Positions 57,048 through 64,000 of a DNA stretch of 64,000 nucleotides are shown one piece after another. The translations under genes and the position numbers were made by a program. The stretch's first letter is position 1, and every line of letters begins with the position of its first letter. Under the pieces are notes generated by a model that saw only the letters and a program-made list of their open reading frames with translations, had not been told where the DNA came from and ran no database searches. Location of the stretch: the NCBI GenBank assembly GCA_910587795.1, contig CAJUNH010000001.1:246463-310462 (forward strand), read 5' to 3'. The stretch comes from an uncultured Christensenellaceae bacterium. Its GTDB lineage: Bacteria; Bacillota; Clostridia; Christensenellales; CAG-314.

Positions 57048-58015
57048 TATTTATCCTCTGTTTCGTATGCTTTGACAATCTTTTGGACAAGCGGATGTCT
57101 AACAACGTCCCTTTCGTTTAATTTTATTATACCTATGTCGTCAATATCCTTAAGTATTTTAACCGCGTGTTTTAAACCCGACGTCAAGCCTTTGGGAAGA
57201 TCTACCTGCGTAAGATCGCCGGTAATAACCATTTTACTGTTTTCCCCCAAACGGGTCAAAAACATTTTAATCTGTTCCTTTGTGGTATTCTGCGCTTCGT
57301 CAAGTATCACATACGCGTTGGACAGCGTACGTCCGCGCATATACGCCAACGGAGCAATTTCGATAGTACCCCTTTCCAACATCTTTACAAACGTTTCGTT
57401 ACCGAACATTTCTTGCAAAGCGTCGTACAACGGTCTTAAATACGGATTGACTTTTTCCTGCAAATCCCCCGGGAGAAATCCCAGTTTTTCACCCGCCTCC
57501 ACAGCCGGTCTGGTTAGAATGATCTTATCCACCTTTTTGGACTTAAACTCGTTTACGGCAATAGCCACGGCAAGGTACGTCTTACCCGTACCCGCAGGTC
57601 CCACGCCGAAAGTAATTGTTTTCTTCTTCATCAAATCGACGTATTTCTTTTGACCTACGGTTTTGCACTTTATGGGCTTGCCTCTGTTGGTAATTGCAAC
57701 AACATCGCCCAGCAGCTCGTCCACTTCGTCCAACTTACCGTCGTTGACGCAATCTATCAAATAGTTTACTCTGCCGATATCTACGCTATCGCCATTATAA
57801 ATAAAATGTTTAAGCTTGTCAATAACAGCCGCCGCTTTATCGACTTTTTCTTCTTCGCCAAACACGCTGCAATGTCCGTCCTGCACTACAACCTTTACAT
57901 CAAAGGCAGCGCTTATCGCCTTAACGTTTTCGTCCAGTGCGCCGAACAGCTTTAAAAGTTCGTCCATCGACTGTACTTCGATTATTTTAGATACCAAATT
58001 GACCTCCGTCAACAT
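57047..58015 (-). CDS. phoH: PhoH family ATPase
   Basis: 322 aa. GPAGTGKTYLA Walker A, ILDEAQN Walker B. Confidence 0.9.
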   Translation of the reverse strand: MLTEVNLVSKIIEVQSMDELLKLFGALDENVKAISAAFDVKVVVQDGHCSVFGEEEKVDKAAAVIDKLKHFIYNGDSVDIGRVNYLIDCVNDGKLDEVDELLGDVVAITNRGKPIKCKTVGQKKYVDLMKKKTITFGVGPAGTGKTYLAVAIAVNEFKSKKVDKIILTRPAVEAGEKLGFLPGDLQEKVNPYLRPLYDALQEMFGNETFVKMLERGTIEIAPLAYMRGRTLSNAYVILDEAQNTTKEQIKMFLTRLGENSKMVITGDLTQVDLPKGLTSGLKHAVKILKDIDDIGIIKLNERDVVRHPLVQKIVKAYETEDK

Positions 58016-59091
58016 AAATCGATATTTGCATACAATGTTGCCGTAACCGTGTTGCCAGATACCGTGTACTCCGTTTCCGTAGGAACAAATTTACACGACT
58101 TTATAGCCTCTGCATACGCTTGTTCTTTAAGTTCTTCCAAACAGTCGCCGATAACGCACGCCACGGTAACGCGGCAAGTTTCTCTGTACGTATTATATAT
58201 TATAGCCACATTAAGCGGCGACAAACGCACTTCACTGGATGTCTTTGTATATTCGGCATAATCGCATGTTTTGCCGTATTCTTTACCGAACAAGTTAACC
58301 GCAACGTTGGTACATTCGTTACCAGTAGGCTGCACTTCCGTTTTAAAGCCCGAAAACACCGCCGAGCCCTGTGCGGACTGCCTTACGGTTACTTTGCCTA
58401 AAGCGTACACGTCGCGGCTTTCGCCGTCGTTAAAAATGCGCACACCTTCTATCAGTACGTCTCCCTTGCGAACAATATCGCCGACTTTAACAAGCAAATT
58501 GCCTTGTTCGCACAAAACACCCACAACCTGACCGTCAGCGCTTGCAATAATATCGCGGCGGCGCGACATATCTATCGGCTCGTCAACTTGCTTTGTCTTT
58601 ACCACATTAACATATATAACGCTGGCTCTGCGCTCCACAACGGCATACATAGCGTTAAGCTGAGTTGCGACAGAGTTTTCCACAACGTCCGGATCAAAGT
58701 TTTTCAACCTCATACCGACGCTTACACCCGCCTGCTTTAACGCATCTATAACCGTATCGGTATCAAAGTCGCCCCGCACCTCAACGCGCAGGCAAATTTG
58801 CGACAAAAACGCCACAGACACTACGCACAGCAACAAACACAGCAACAGTATGTAGCGGGTTTTTAGAAAGCGAATACCGAAAGATACGCCAGTATAGCGT
58901 ATATCGAGTATATTATAGCACTTTTCTTTAAGTTGTGCAACCACCTTTTGCGAATGTGCGGCGTCAACTTGTAAAATACATTTTTTCCCTTGACGGGATA
59001 TTCGTTTGAGAGTTACTCCCTGTCTGCACAATCCGTTTAAAAAATGATTTAAATTAAGTCCTTCAAAGATAATAACGCAGTCGTTTTTCAT
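58009..59091 (-). CDS. yqfD: sporulation protein YqfD
   Basis: About 360 aa from MKNDCVIIFEG (the ATG overlaps the yqfC stop as ATGA). Single mid-protein TM. Conserved yqfC-yqfD-phoH order. Confidence 0.8.
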   Translation of the reverse strand: MKNDCVIIFEGLNLNHFLNGLCRQGVTLKRISRQGKKCILQVDAAHSQKVVAQLKEKCYNILDIRYTGVSFGIRFLKTRYILLLCLLLCVVSVAFLSQICLRVEVRGDFDTDTVIDALKQAGVSVGMRLKNFDPDVVENSVATQLNAMYAVVERRASVIYVNVVKTKQVDEPIDMSRRRDIIASADGQVVGVLCEQGNLLVKVGDIVRKGDVLIEGVRIFNDGESRDVYALGKVTVRQSAQGSAVFSGFKTEVQPTGNECTNVAVNLFGKEYGKTCDYAEYTKTSSEVRLSPLNVAIIYNTYRETCRVTVACVIGDCLEELKEQAYAEAIKSCKFVPTETEYTVSGNTVTATLYANIDLC

Positions 59092-59429
59092 CGCGCAACC
59101 ACCTCCACTAAACCTATACTGCCGTTTACCACCGCAAAATTTTTGCTTAAACACCTAATGTGCAATTTTGAACCGCGCACTTTTAATAGTGCGTTAGTTA
59201 CAAAAAAAGCCACCTCGTCGTCTTGATACCCCGCAATACCCTTGTGTCCCTCAATTACGGCGGTTGTTCCGCCGAAAACAGAGTATTTGTAGCCTCCCGC
59301 AAGAGTTGCCAGTTCCAAACCGCAAATCGAAGCTATACTGTCGTTAAAAGAATTGTTCATACCGATAGTATATGACAGACTTTTACCAAACAACACAAAC
59401 GGCAACAAAATGATTGTTACCGTCCGCAT
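59088..59429 (-). CDS. yqfC: YabP/YqfC family sporulation protein
   Basis: YabP-like core (VIEGHKGIAGYQDDEVAFFVTNALLKVRGSKLHI). The start is uncertain: the ATG at 59429 adds a hydrophobic 23-aa extension. The alternative ATG at 59360 gives a typical 90-aa protein. Neither has a clear SD. Confidence 0.65.
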   Translation of the reverse strand: MRTVTIILLPFVLFGKSLSYTIGMNNSFNDSIASICGLELATLAGGYKYSVFGGTTAVIEGHKGIAGYQDDEVAFFVTNALLKVRGSKLHIRCLSKNFAVVNGSIGLVEVVAR

Positions 59430-59440
59430 TTGTATTTTTA

Positions 59441-59698
59441 TTAAAGCAATTTCTCCAGCACTTGCGCTATTTCGTTGATTTTTTCCTTACCCTGTTCGCC
59501 GCAAGCGTCTATAACGCAATTTTCGAGATGCGCGCGCAATACCTCTCTGTTTACTTTTGTCAGTATAGCTTGGCAAGCCATTATTTGATTAGAAATATCT
59601 ATACAGTAACGGTTTTCCTCTACCATTTTAATTATGCCTTCTATTTGACCGCGCGCTGTATTTAACAGTCTTTTGGTTGTAATCCTATCTCCTTTCAT
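59441..59698 (-). CDS. csoR: CsoR family copper-sensing repressor
   Basis: 85 aa. RxxGQxxG (RGQIEGI), C-x-H-x-C ligand pattern (YCID...HLENC). Confidence 0.85.
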   Translation of the reverse strand: MKGDRITTKRLLNTARGQIEGIIKMVEENRYCIDISNQIMACQAILTKVNREVLRAHLENCVIDACGEQGKEKINEIAQVLEKLL

Positions 59699-62298
59699 AT
59701 TGCTTTGACCTCCGTAACGGTATAATCCTGAGCTTCTACGGCGTTTTTAAGACTTTCTGCCGTAACGTCGGCGTTTGCGCTTACGTCCGCAGTACCGTTT
59801 TGTAAGTCCGCTGAGGCATGGTCTACGCCGTCGACAGAAAGTAATGCGTTAGTAACGTGCGATACGCAGCGCATACACATCATACCCTCGATTTTAAGTT
59901 GATATTTCATTTTGCTTTCCTCCTTGCATTTTTTGCAATTATTATGTTGTAGTATAGGTTCCGTACGGCACTTTGAGCTGCCGCACGCTTTATCGCTGCA
60001 GATTGGTTTTGCTGCTATTTCAGCCGCATTTGTATGTGAATATTTTAAATGCTTAGACGGTTTAAATATCCTGAGCCTTAACGCATTAAGCACCACAAAC
60101 AAACTCGATACGCTCATTGCCGCCGCGCCTATCATGGGATTTAGACTTAATGCAAGCGGAGTGATAAAAAGCACTCCCGCGGCAATCGGTATACCCAAAG
60201 TATTGTAGAAAAACGCCCAAAACAAGTTTTGCTTGATATTTCGGCGGGTAGCGCGGCTTAACTCTATTGCATACGGTACGTCGCGGATATCGTTTTTCAT
60301 CAATAATGCGTCCGCGCTGTCCATAGCAATATCCGCACCGCTGGATACGGCAAAACCAACGTCTGCACGGGTAAGCGCGGGAGCGTCGTTGATTCCGTCT
60401 CCCACCATTGCCGTCACGCCGTCTTTCATAAGCTCTGCAACGACTTTTTCCTTATCGGCAGGCATAACGTCCGCGCGATAGTCGTCTATGCCGACCTGAG
60501 ACGCAACGGCCTTTGCGGCAAGTTCGTTATCGCCGGTAAGCAATACGGGCTTAACCCCCAACGCTTTTAGTCGGGTTACAGCCTCGAAGCTAGTAGGTTT
60601 AATTTCGTCGCCGACGCCTATAACGCCTATATATTTGCCGTCGCACGATACGTGTAAGCAAGTAAGCCCTTTATCGTAAAATCCGCCGTATACGTCTTTA
60701 AATTCCGTACAATCAACATTGTACTCCTCCAAAAGACGGAGATTACCTATACAGTAAAAATGCCCCTCGACAGTTGCCGTAACTCCGCGTCCCGCAAGAG
60801 TCTCGTACGACGACGGAACGCAAAGCTCAATACCTAACATTACCGCTTTGTCCACCACCGCGCGTCCCAAAGGGTGTTCGCTCAGTTTTTCTATTCCCCC
60901 GACAATCGAATAAAATTTACTTTCGTCCATCGAAGAAAAGCTATCGACCACATTCGGCTTGCCCAAAGTCAGCGTTCCCGTTTTATCCAACACAACCTGC
61001 TTGATTGCCGCAAGACGTTCCAGCGTTTCGCCGTCTTTTATTAAAATGCCGTGTTCTGCCGATTTGCCCGCAGATACCATTATTGCAACCGGTGTTGCCA
61101 ACCCCAGCGCACAGGGACACGATATTACCAACACGGAAACAGCAAAGTCCAACGCCATAGAAAAAGGCTTACCCACGCACAGCCACACTATAAAAGTAAC
61201 GAGAGATATACTCATTACTATCGGCACGAATACCGACGAAATTTTATCCGCGAGACGTTGGCTGGGCGCCTTAGACGAACCCGCGTCTTCCACAAGTTGG
61301 ATTATCTTACTGAGTATACTGTCTTGTCCTACGCTTGTAACTTCCACCTGTACGTAACCGCTGACGCTTACCGTACCGCCTATTACAAAATCGCCCTGCT
61401 GTTTTTCGCGGGGGAGACTTTCGCCGTTTACGCTGCTTTCGTCGGCAAAACAACTGCCCGAGATTATATTTCCGTCGGCGGGAAACGCCATGCCCGCTTT
61501 AACTATTACGACATCCCCGACTTTAACAGTTTTACCGTCTATTTCCCGCTCCTCCCCGTCGATAAGCACTATCGCAGTTTGCGGAGCCAATTTTTTAAGT
61601 TTATTAATAGCATCGCCCGTTTTTATTTTGGAGCGGCCTTCAAAATATTTACCCAAATCTACAAGCGCAAGAATCATAGCGGACGATTCAAAATAAAGCA
61701 AATGGCGGTAATATTCTACCGTTTCGATATCTCCTCTGCCGAGAGCGCTGCTTGTAATAAACATAACTATCACTCCGTATAACGCGCCCGCAAAAGATCC
61801 CACGGCAATTAAGCTGTCCATATTTGGAGAAAGCCGAAAAAGCCTTTTAAAACCTACGATAAAATAACTGCGGTTGATATACCATACGGGCAGACACAGC
61901 AGAAATTGCGCCAGCGCAAACGATACGGCATTTTGCGCGCCCTCCAAAAAGGACGGCAAAGGCAGCCCTATCATATGCCCCATAGATACATACATCAGTA
62001 CAATACAAAACCCTATTGATACAAGCACCCTTGCAAGTGTGACTGCGGGTTTTTGCTTAACGGGCTTTGCTTCTTTATCAGTTTGGTTTCCCTTGACGCT
62101 TGCTCCGTAACCGGACTTTTCCACCGCGGCAATTATTGCCTGCACAGAAGTTGTTTTTCCGTCAAAATCCACCGTCATACTGTTTGTAAGCAGACTTACG
62201 GAAACCTTATTTACCCCGTCCAGTTTGTTTACCGCTTTTTCCACGTGCGCCGAGCAGGCAGAGCAGGTCATACCCAGTACGTCAAAACGTTGTTTCAA
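59695..62298 (-). CDS. copA: copper-translocating P1B-1 ATPase CopA with an extra C-terminal HMA (CopZ-like) domain
   Basis: 867 aa. N-terminal GMTCSAC, CPC, DKTGTLT, GDGINDAP. After the last TM come a Cys-rich linker and a second HMA domain (MKYQLKIEGMMCMRCVSHV). TTG start. Confidence 0.9.
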   Translation of the reverse strand: MKQRFDVLGMTCSACSAHVEKAVNKLDGVNKVSVSLLTNSMTVDFDGKTTSVQAIIAAVEKSGYGASVKGNQTDKEAKPVKQKPAVTLARVLVSIGFCIVLMYVSMGHMIGLPLPSFLEGAQNAVSFALAQFLLCLPVWYINRSYFIVGFKRLFRLSPNMDSLIAVGSFAGALYGVIVMFITSSALGRGDIETVEYYRHLLYFESSAMILALVDLGKYFEGRSKIKTGDAINKLKKLAPQTAIVLIDGEEREIDGKTVKVGDVVIVKAGMAFPADGNIISGSCFADESSVNGESLPREKQQGDFVIGGTVSVSGYVQVEVTSVGQDSILSKIIQLVEDAGSSKAPSQRLADKISSVFVPIVMSISLVTFIVWLCVGKPFSMALDFAVSVLVISCPCALGLATPVAIMVSAGKSAEHGILIKDGETLERLAAIKQVVLDKTGTLTLGKPNVVDSFSSMDESKFYSIVGGIEKLSEHPLGRAVVDKAVMLGIELCVPSSYETLAGRGVTATVEGHFYCIGNLRLLEEYNVDCTEFKDVYGGFYDKGLTCLHVSCDGKYIGVIGVGDEIKPTSFEAVTRLKALGVKPVLLTGDNELAAKAVASQVGIDDYRADVMPADKEKVVAELMKDGVTAMVGDGINDAPALTRADVGFAVSSGADIAMDSADALLMKNDIRDVPYAIELSRATRRNIKQNLFWAFFYNTLGIPIAAGVLFITPLALSLNPMIGAAAMSVSSLFVVLNALRLRIFKPSKHLKYSHTNAAEIAAKPICSDKACGSSKCRTEPILQHNNCKKCKEESKMKYQLKIEGMMCMRCVSHVTNALLSVDGVDHASADLQNGTADVSANADVTAESLKNAVEAQDYTVTEVKAI

Positions 62299-62304
62299 TT
62301 AAAG

Positions 62305-62357
62305 ATACCCCCACGTAGTATATGTGTTATTATACGGCAAATTTGAGACATTTGCAA
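62305..62357 (-). promoter_or_regulatory. copA promoter with a CsoR-type operator
   Basis: Minus strand: TTGCAA (62352-62357), 17 nt, TATAAT (62329-62334), then ATACTACGTGGGGGTAT (62305-62321). That G-tract pseudo-palindrome resembles CsoR boxes and overlaps the GGGGG SD of the TTG start. Confidence 0.55.
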
Positions 62358-62419
62358 CAGAATTTATACGATTGACGAAAACTTTTTTTGACTTATACGC
62401 AACGTAAAGCATTTACAGC

Positions 62420-62845
62420 ACAGATGTTCAGTCAATAATATCGTAACGCAATATATTTTAAATAAATTAACGCTAAAATTTTACGATGTAATAAAACTAT
62501 GAAAGTTCAGTTAACCAAATTATTTGCTTAATTATATCGTAAAACAGCTAATGTAACTCGCAACTAAACGCAGTTAGTCGTTTTAGAACCTAATTAAGAG
62601 CTGTTAGGTTCCTTTAAATATTATTAATAACTTAATTATATCCTACGCGAATAACGCTAGCTCAAAACAATAACCTATAAGCGTGATACGATGTAATTAA
62701 ATTCGAAAAATTTTATTTGATCCGATTAATTGCTTAATTATATCGTAAAACAGTTAATGTTAAATCAAATAAATTATTGTTAGACCTTTTACAATGTGAT
62801 TAAGACCGTTGCGTTCCGTTAAACCCGATTAATTATAAAATAGAT
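62420..62845. repeat. modular AT-rich intergenic repeat array, locus C (about 5 units of ~93-105 bp)
   Basis: Forward cores near 62434, 62524-62545, 62629-62650, 62730-62751 and 62826-62843 (TTGCTTAATTATATCGTAAAAC type). They alternate with inverted cores at 62478-62495, 62683-62701 and 62787-62804 (TTTTACGATGTAAT type). Confidence 0.65.
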
Positions 62846-62846
62846 G

Positions 62847-62875
62847 TTGCTTGAAAAATACGTTTATGTTACAAT
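62847..62875 (+). promoter_or_regulatory. sigma-A promoter of the GDPD gene
   Basis: TTGCTT (62847-62852), 17 nt, TACAAT (62870-62875). Confidence 0.5.
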
Positions 62876-62998
62876 ATAATATAAATTTGTCTATCAACTT
62901 TTTTTGTAAAAATTTACTGAAAACGGCCGTAATAAAATTCATTTGCGTTTTACTTATAACTTTTTTACATAAAACGGCAATATAAGGAGAACAACACT

Positions 62999-64000
62999 AT
63001 GACTAAAATCCGCCGCAAGTTTAATTGGAAGATTTTTTGCGTTGTAATTGCCTGCATATTTGCGGTATATTTAACGATAGCGATGCTTCCGCGTACAAAG
63101 TGCTACGAGGGAGAAAATCCGTTTGTAATAAAAGAAAACGAAAAACCGCTGCTTATTGCGCACGGAGGCGGAAACAGAGAATTTCCCGACAACACTTTGG
63201 AAGCGTGCTACAACGCTTACAGCGCAGACCCTGACGTAATGTTGGAAATGGACGTATCCGTTACAAAAGACGGAAAAATCATTATGTCCCACGACACCAC
63301 TTTGGACAAACGCACAAACGTAAGCGGAGCGATTGCCGACTGGACGTACGACGACCTTTTAAACCAAAAGGTTGATTTCGGTTATCTTAACAAAAAAGAC
63401 GAAAACGGCAAAGTTACCGAAATGATTAAATTTACAAACGACGACAAAGTTGAGGTTACGCCGCTGGACGTAGTTTATCCCGAAGGGGTGACGGCGCGCG
63501 ACGATAAAATTTTTAAAGTAACGCTGCTTACCGAAGTTTTGGAATCCTTTCCGCACAATACCGTAAACGTAGAAATAAAGCAAGACGGCGACACCGGACT
63601 TAAAGCGTTAAACGCCGTAATAAAGATACTGGAAGAACATAACGCTTTCGACCGCGTCGTGCTGGCGTCCTTCCACAGTGAAATATACAAAGAACTTAAA
63701 CATATTAAAAAGACGGCGCACCCCGATTTGATGTGTTCGCCCGAATACGTAGGCGTGGGAACGCTGCTAATTTCCGGCGCACTGGCTTTGGACGCGTTTT
63801 ACGCCGAGCCTGTTGCCGTATTGCAAATACCGATGAGTATGTCCGTAATCCGCTTGGATAAGAAATGGTTTGTAAACGCTGCGCATAAGCATAATATCGC
63901 CGTACACTACTGGACTATCGACAACGAAGAAGATATGAAATATTTAATAGAGATAGGAGCGGACGGCATAATGACAAACTATCCGCACCGATTGCAAAAA
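62999..64000 (+). CDS. membrane-anchored glycerophosphodiester phosphodiesterase family protein (3' end outside window)
   Basis: Not in the ORF track because it has no stop in the window. AAGGAGAACAACACT-ATG at 62999, N-terminal TM, then GDPD motifs (IAHGGGNREFPDNTLEA, EMDVSVTKDGKIIMSHD, VHYWTIDNEEDMKYLIEIGADGIMTNYP). Confidence 0.8.
   Translation, partial: MTKIRRKFNWKIFCVVIACIFAVYLTIAMLPRTKCYEGENPFVIKENEKPLLIAHGGGNREFPDNTLEACYNAYSADPDVMLEMDVSVTKDGKIIMSHDTTLDKRTNVSGAIADWTYDDLLNQKVDFGYLNKKDENGKVTEMIKFTNDDKVEVTPLDVVYPEGVTARDDKIFKVTLLTEVLESFPHNTVNVEIKQDGDTGLKALNAVIKILEEHNAFDRVVLASFHSEIYKELKHIKKTAHPDLMCSPEYVGVGTLLISGALALDAFYAEPVAVLQIPMSMSVIRLDKKWFVNAAHKHNIAVHYWTIDNEEDMKYLIEIGADGIMTNYPHRLQK

Noticed and set aside
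62420-62845. CRISPR array interpretation of the intergenic repeats (also 52965-53235 and 23636-23845)
   Set aside because: The repeats alternate in orientation, are degenerate, are AT-rich with a period of about 50/100 bp, and their 'spacers' are partly conserved between loci. No cas genes or leader are present in the window.
62420-62845. Integron attC-site interpretation (GTTAAAC/GTTAAAT resembles the GTTRRRY core)
   Set aside because: No gene cassettes lie between the units, no intI is present, the RYYYAAC partner is not consistently present, and several units violate the core.

Overview
Low-GC Firmicutes (Clostridia-type) chromosomal segment. It is almost entirely core housekeeping genes, and nearly all are on the minus strand. 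All calls rest on reading motifs and synteny from the sequence; no BLAST, HMM or folding was run.

Gene content from left to right:
- tRNA-Gly, a DUF3810 protein, hemZ-like, relA, recJ, a lone secD-like gene, yajC, tgt, queA, ruvBAC
- two tandem zinc-ribbon membrane paralogs on the plus strand
- yebC, a TrmH-family methyltransferase, rplT-rpmI-infC behind an L20-type leader, and thrS behind a Thr T-box
- ytxC-like, acpP
- a division/cell-wall cluster: mraZ-rsmH-(FtsL-position gene)-PBP-murE-mraY-murD-ftsW-murA-ftsQ-ftsA-ftsZ
- a small accessory-looking patch: metallophosphoesterase, zinc-ribbon protein, 214-aa Cys-containing protein, TetR, Spo0A-like regulator, small membrane protein
- M-box-mgtE, csp, a BclA-like collagen-repeat protein, arsR-HMA-cadA, a heterodimeric ABC exporter
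- recO-yqzL-era-ybeY-7TM-HD-phoH-yqfD-yqfC, csoR-copA, and a partial GDPD gene running off the right edge

I saw no transposase, integrase, CRISPR, prophage or recognisable defence system.

Most worth a second look:
1. A Spo0A-family regulator whose receiver domain lacks the phospho-acceptor Asp and the acidic pocket.
2. An unclassified modular repeat of about 100 bp, built around the alternating inverted core TTAATTATATCGTAAAA. It is tandemly arrayed in three long AT-rich intergenic regions.
3. A GC-enriched island of about 190 nt next to one array, a possible structured RNA.
4. A collagen-like exosporium-type gene followed by a frameshifted remnant of its own C-terminal domain.
5. A 214-aa protein behind a mother-cell-type promoter.

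Several ORF-track starts are TTG/GTG-extended. I moved them to internal starts supported by a Shine-Dalgarno (SD) sequence.
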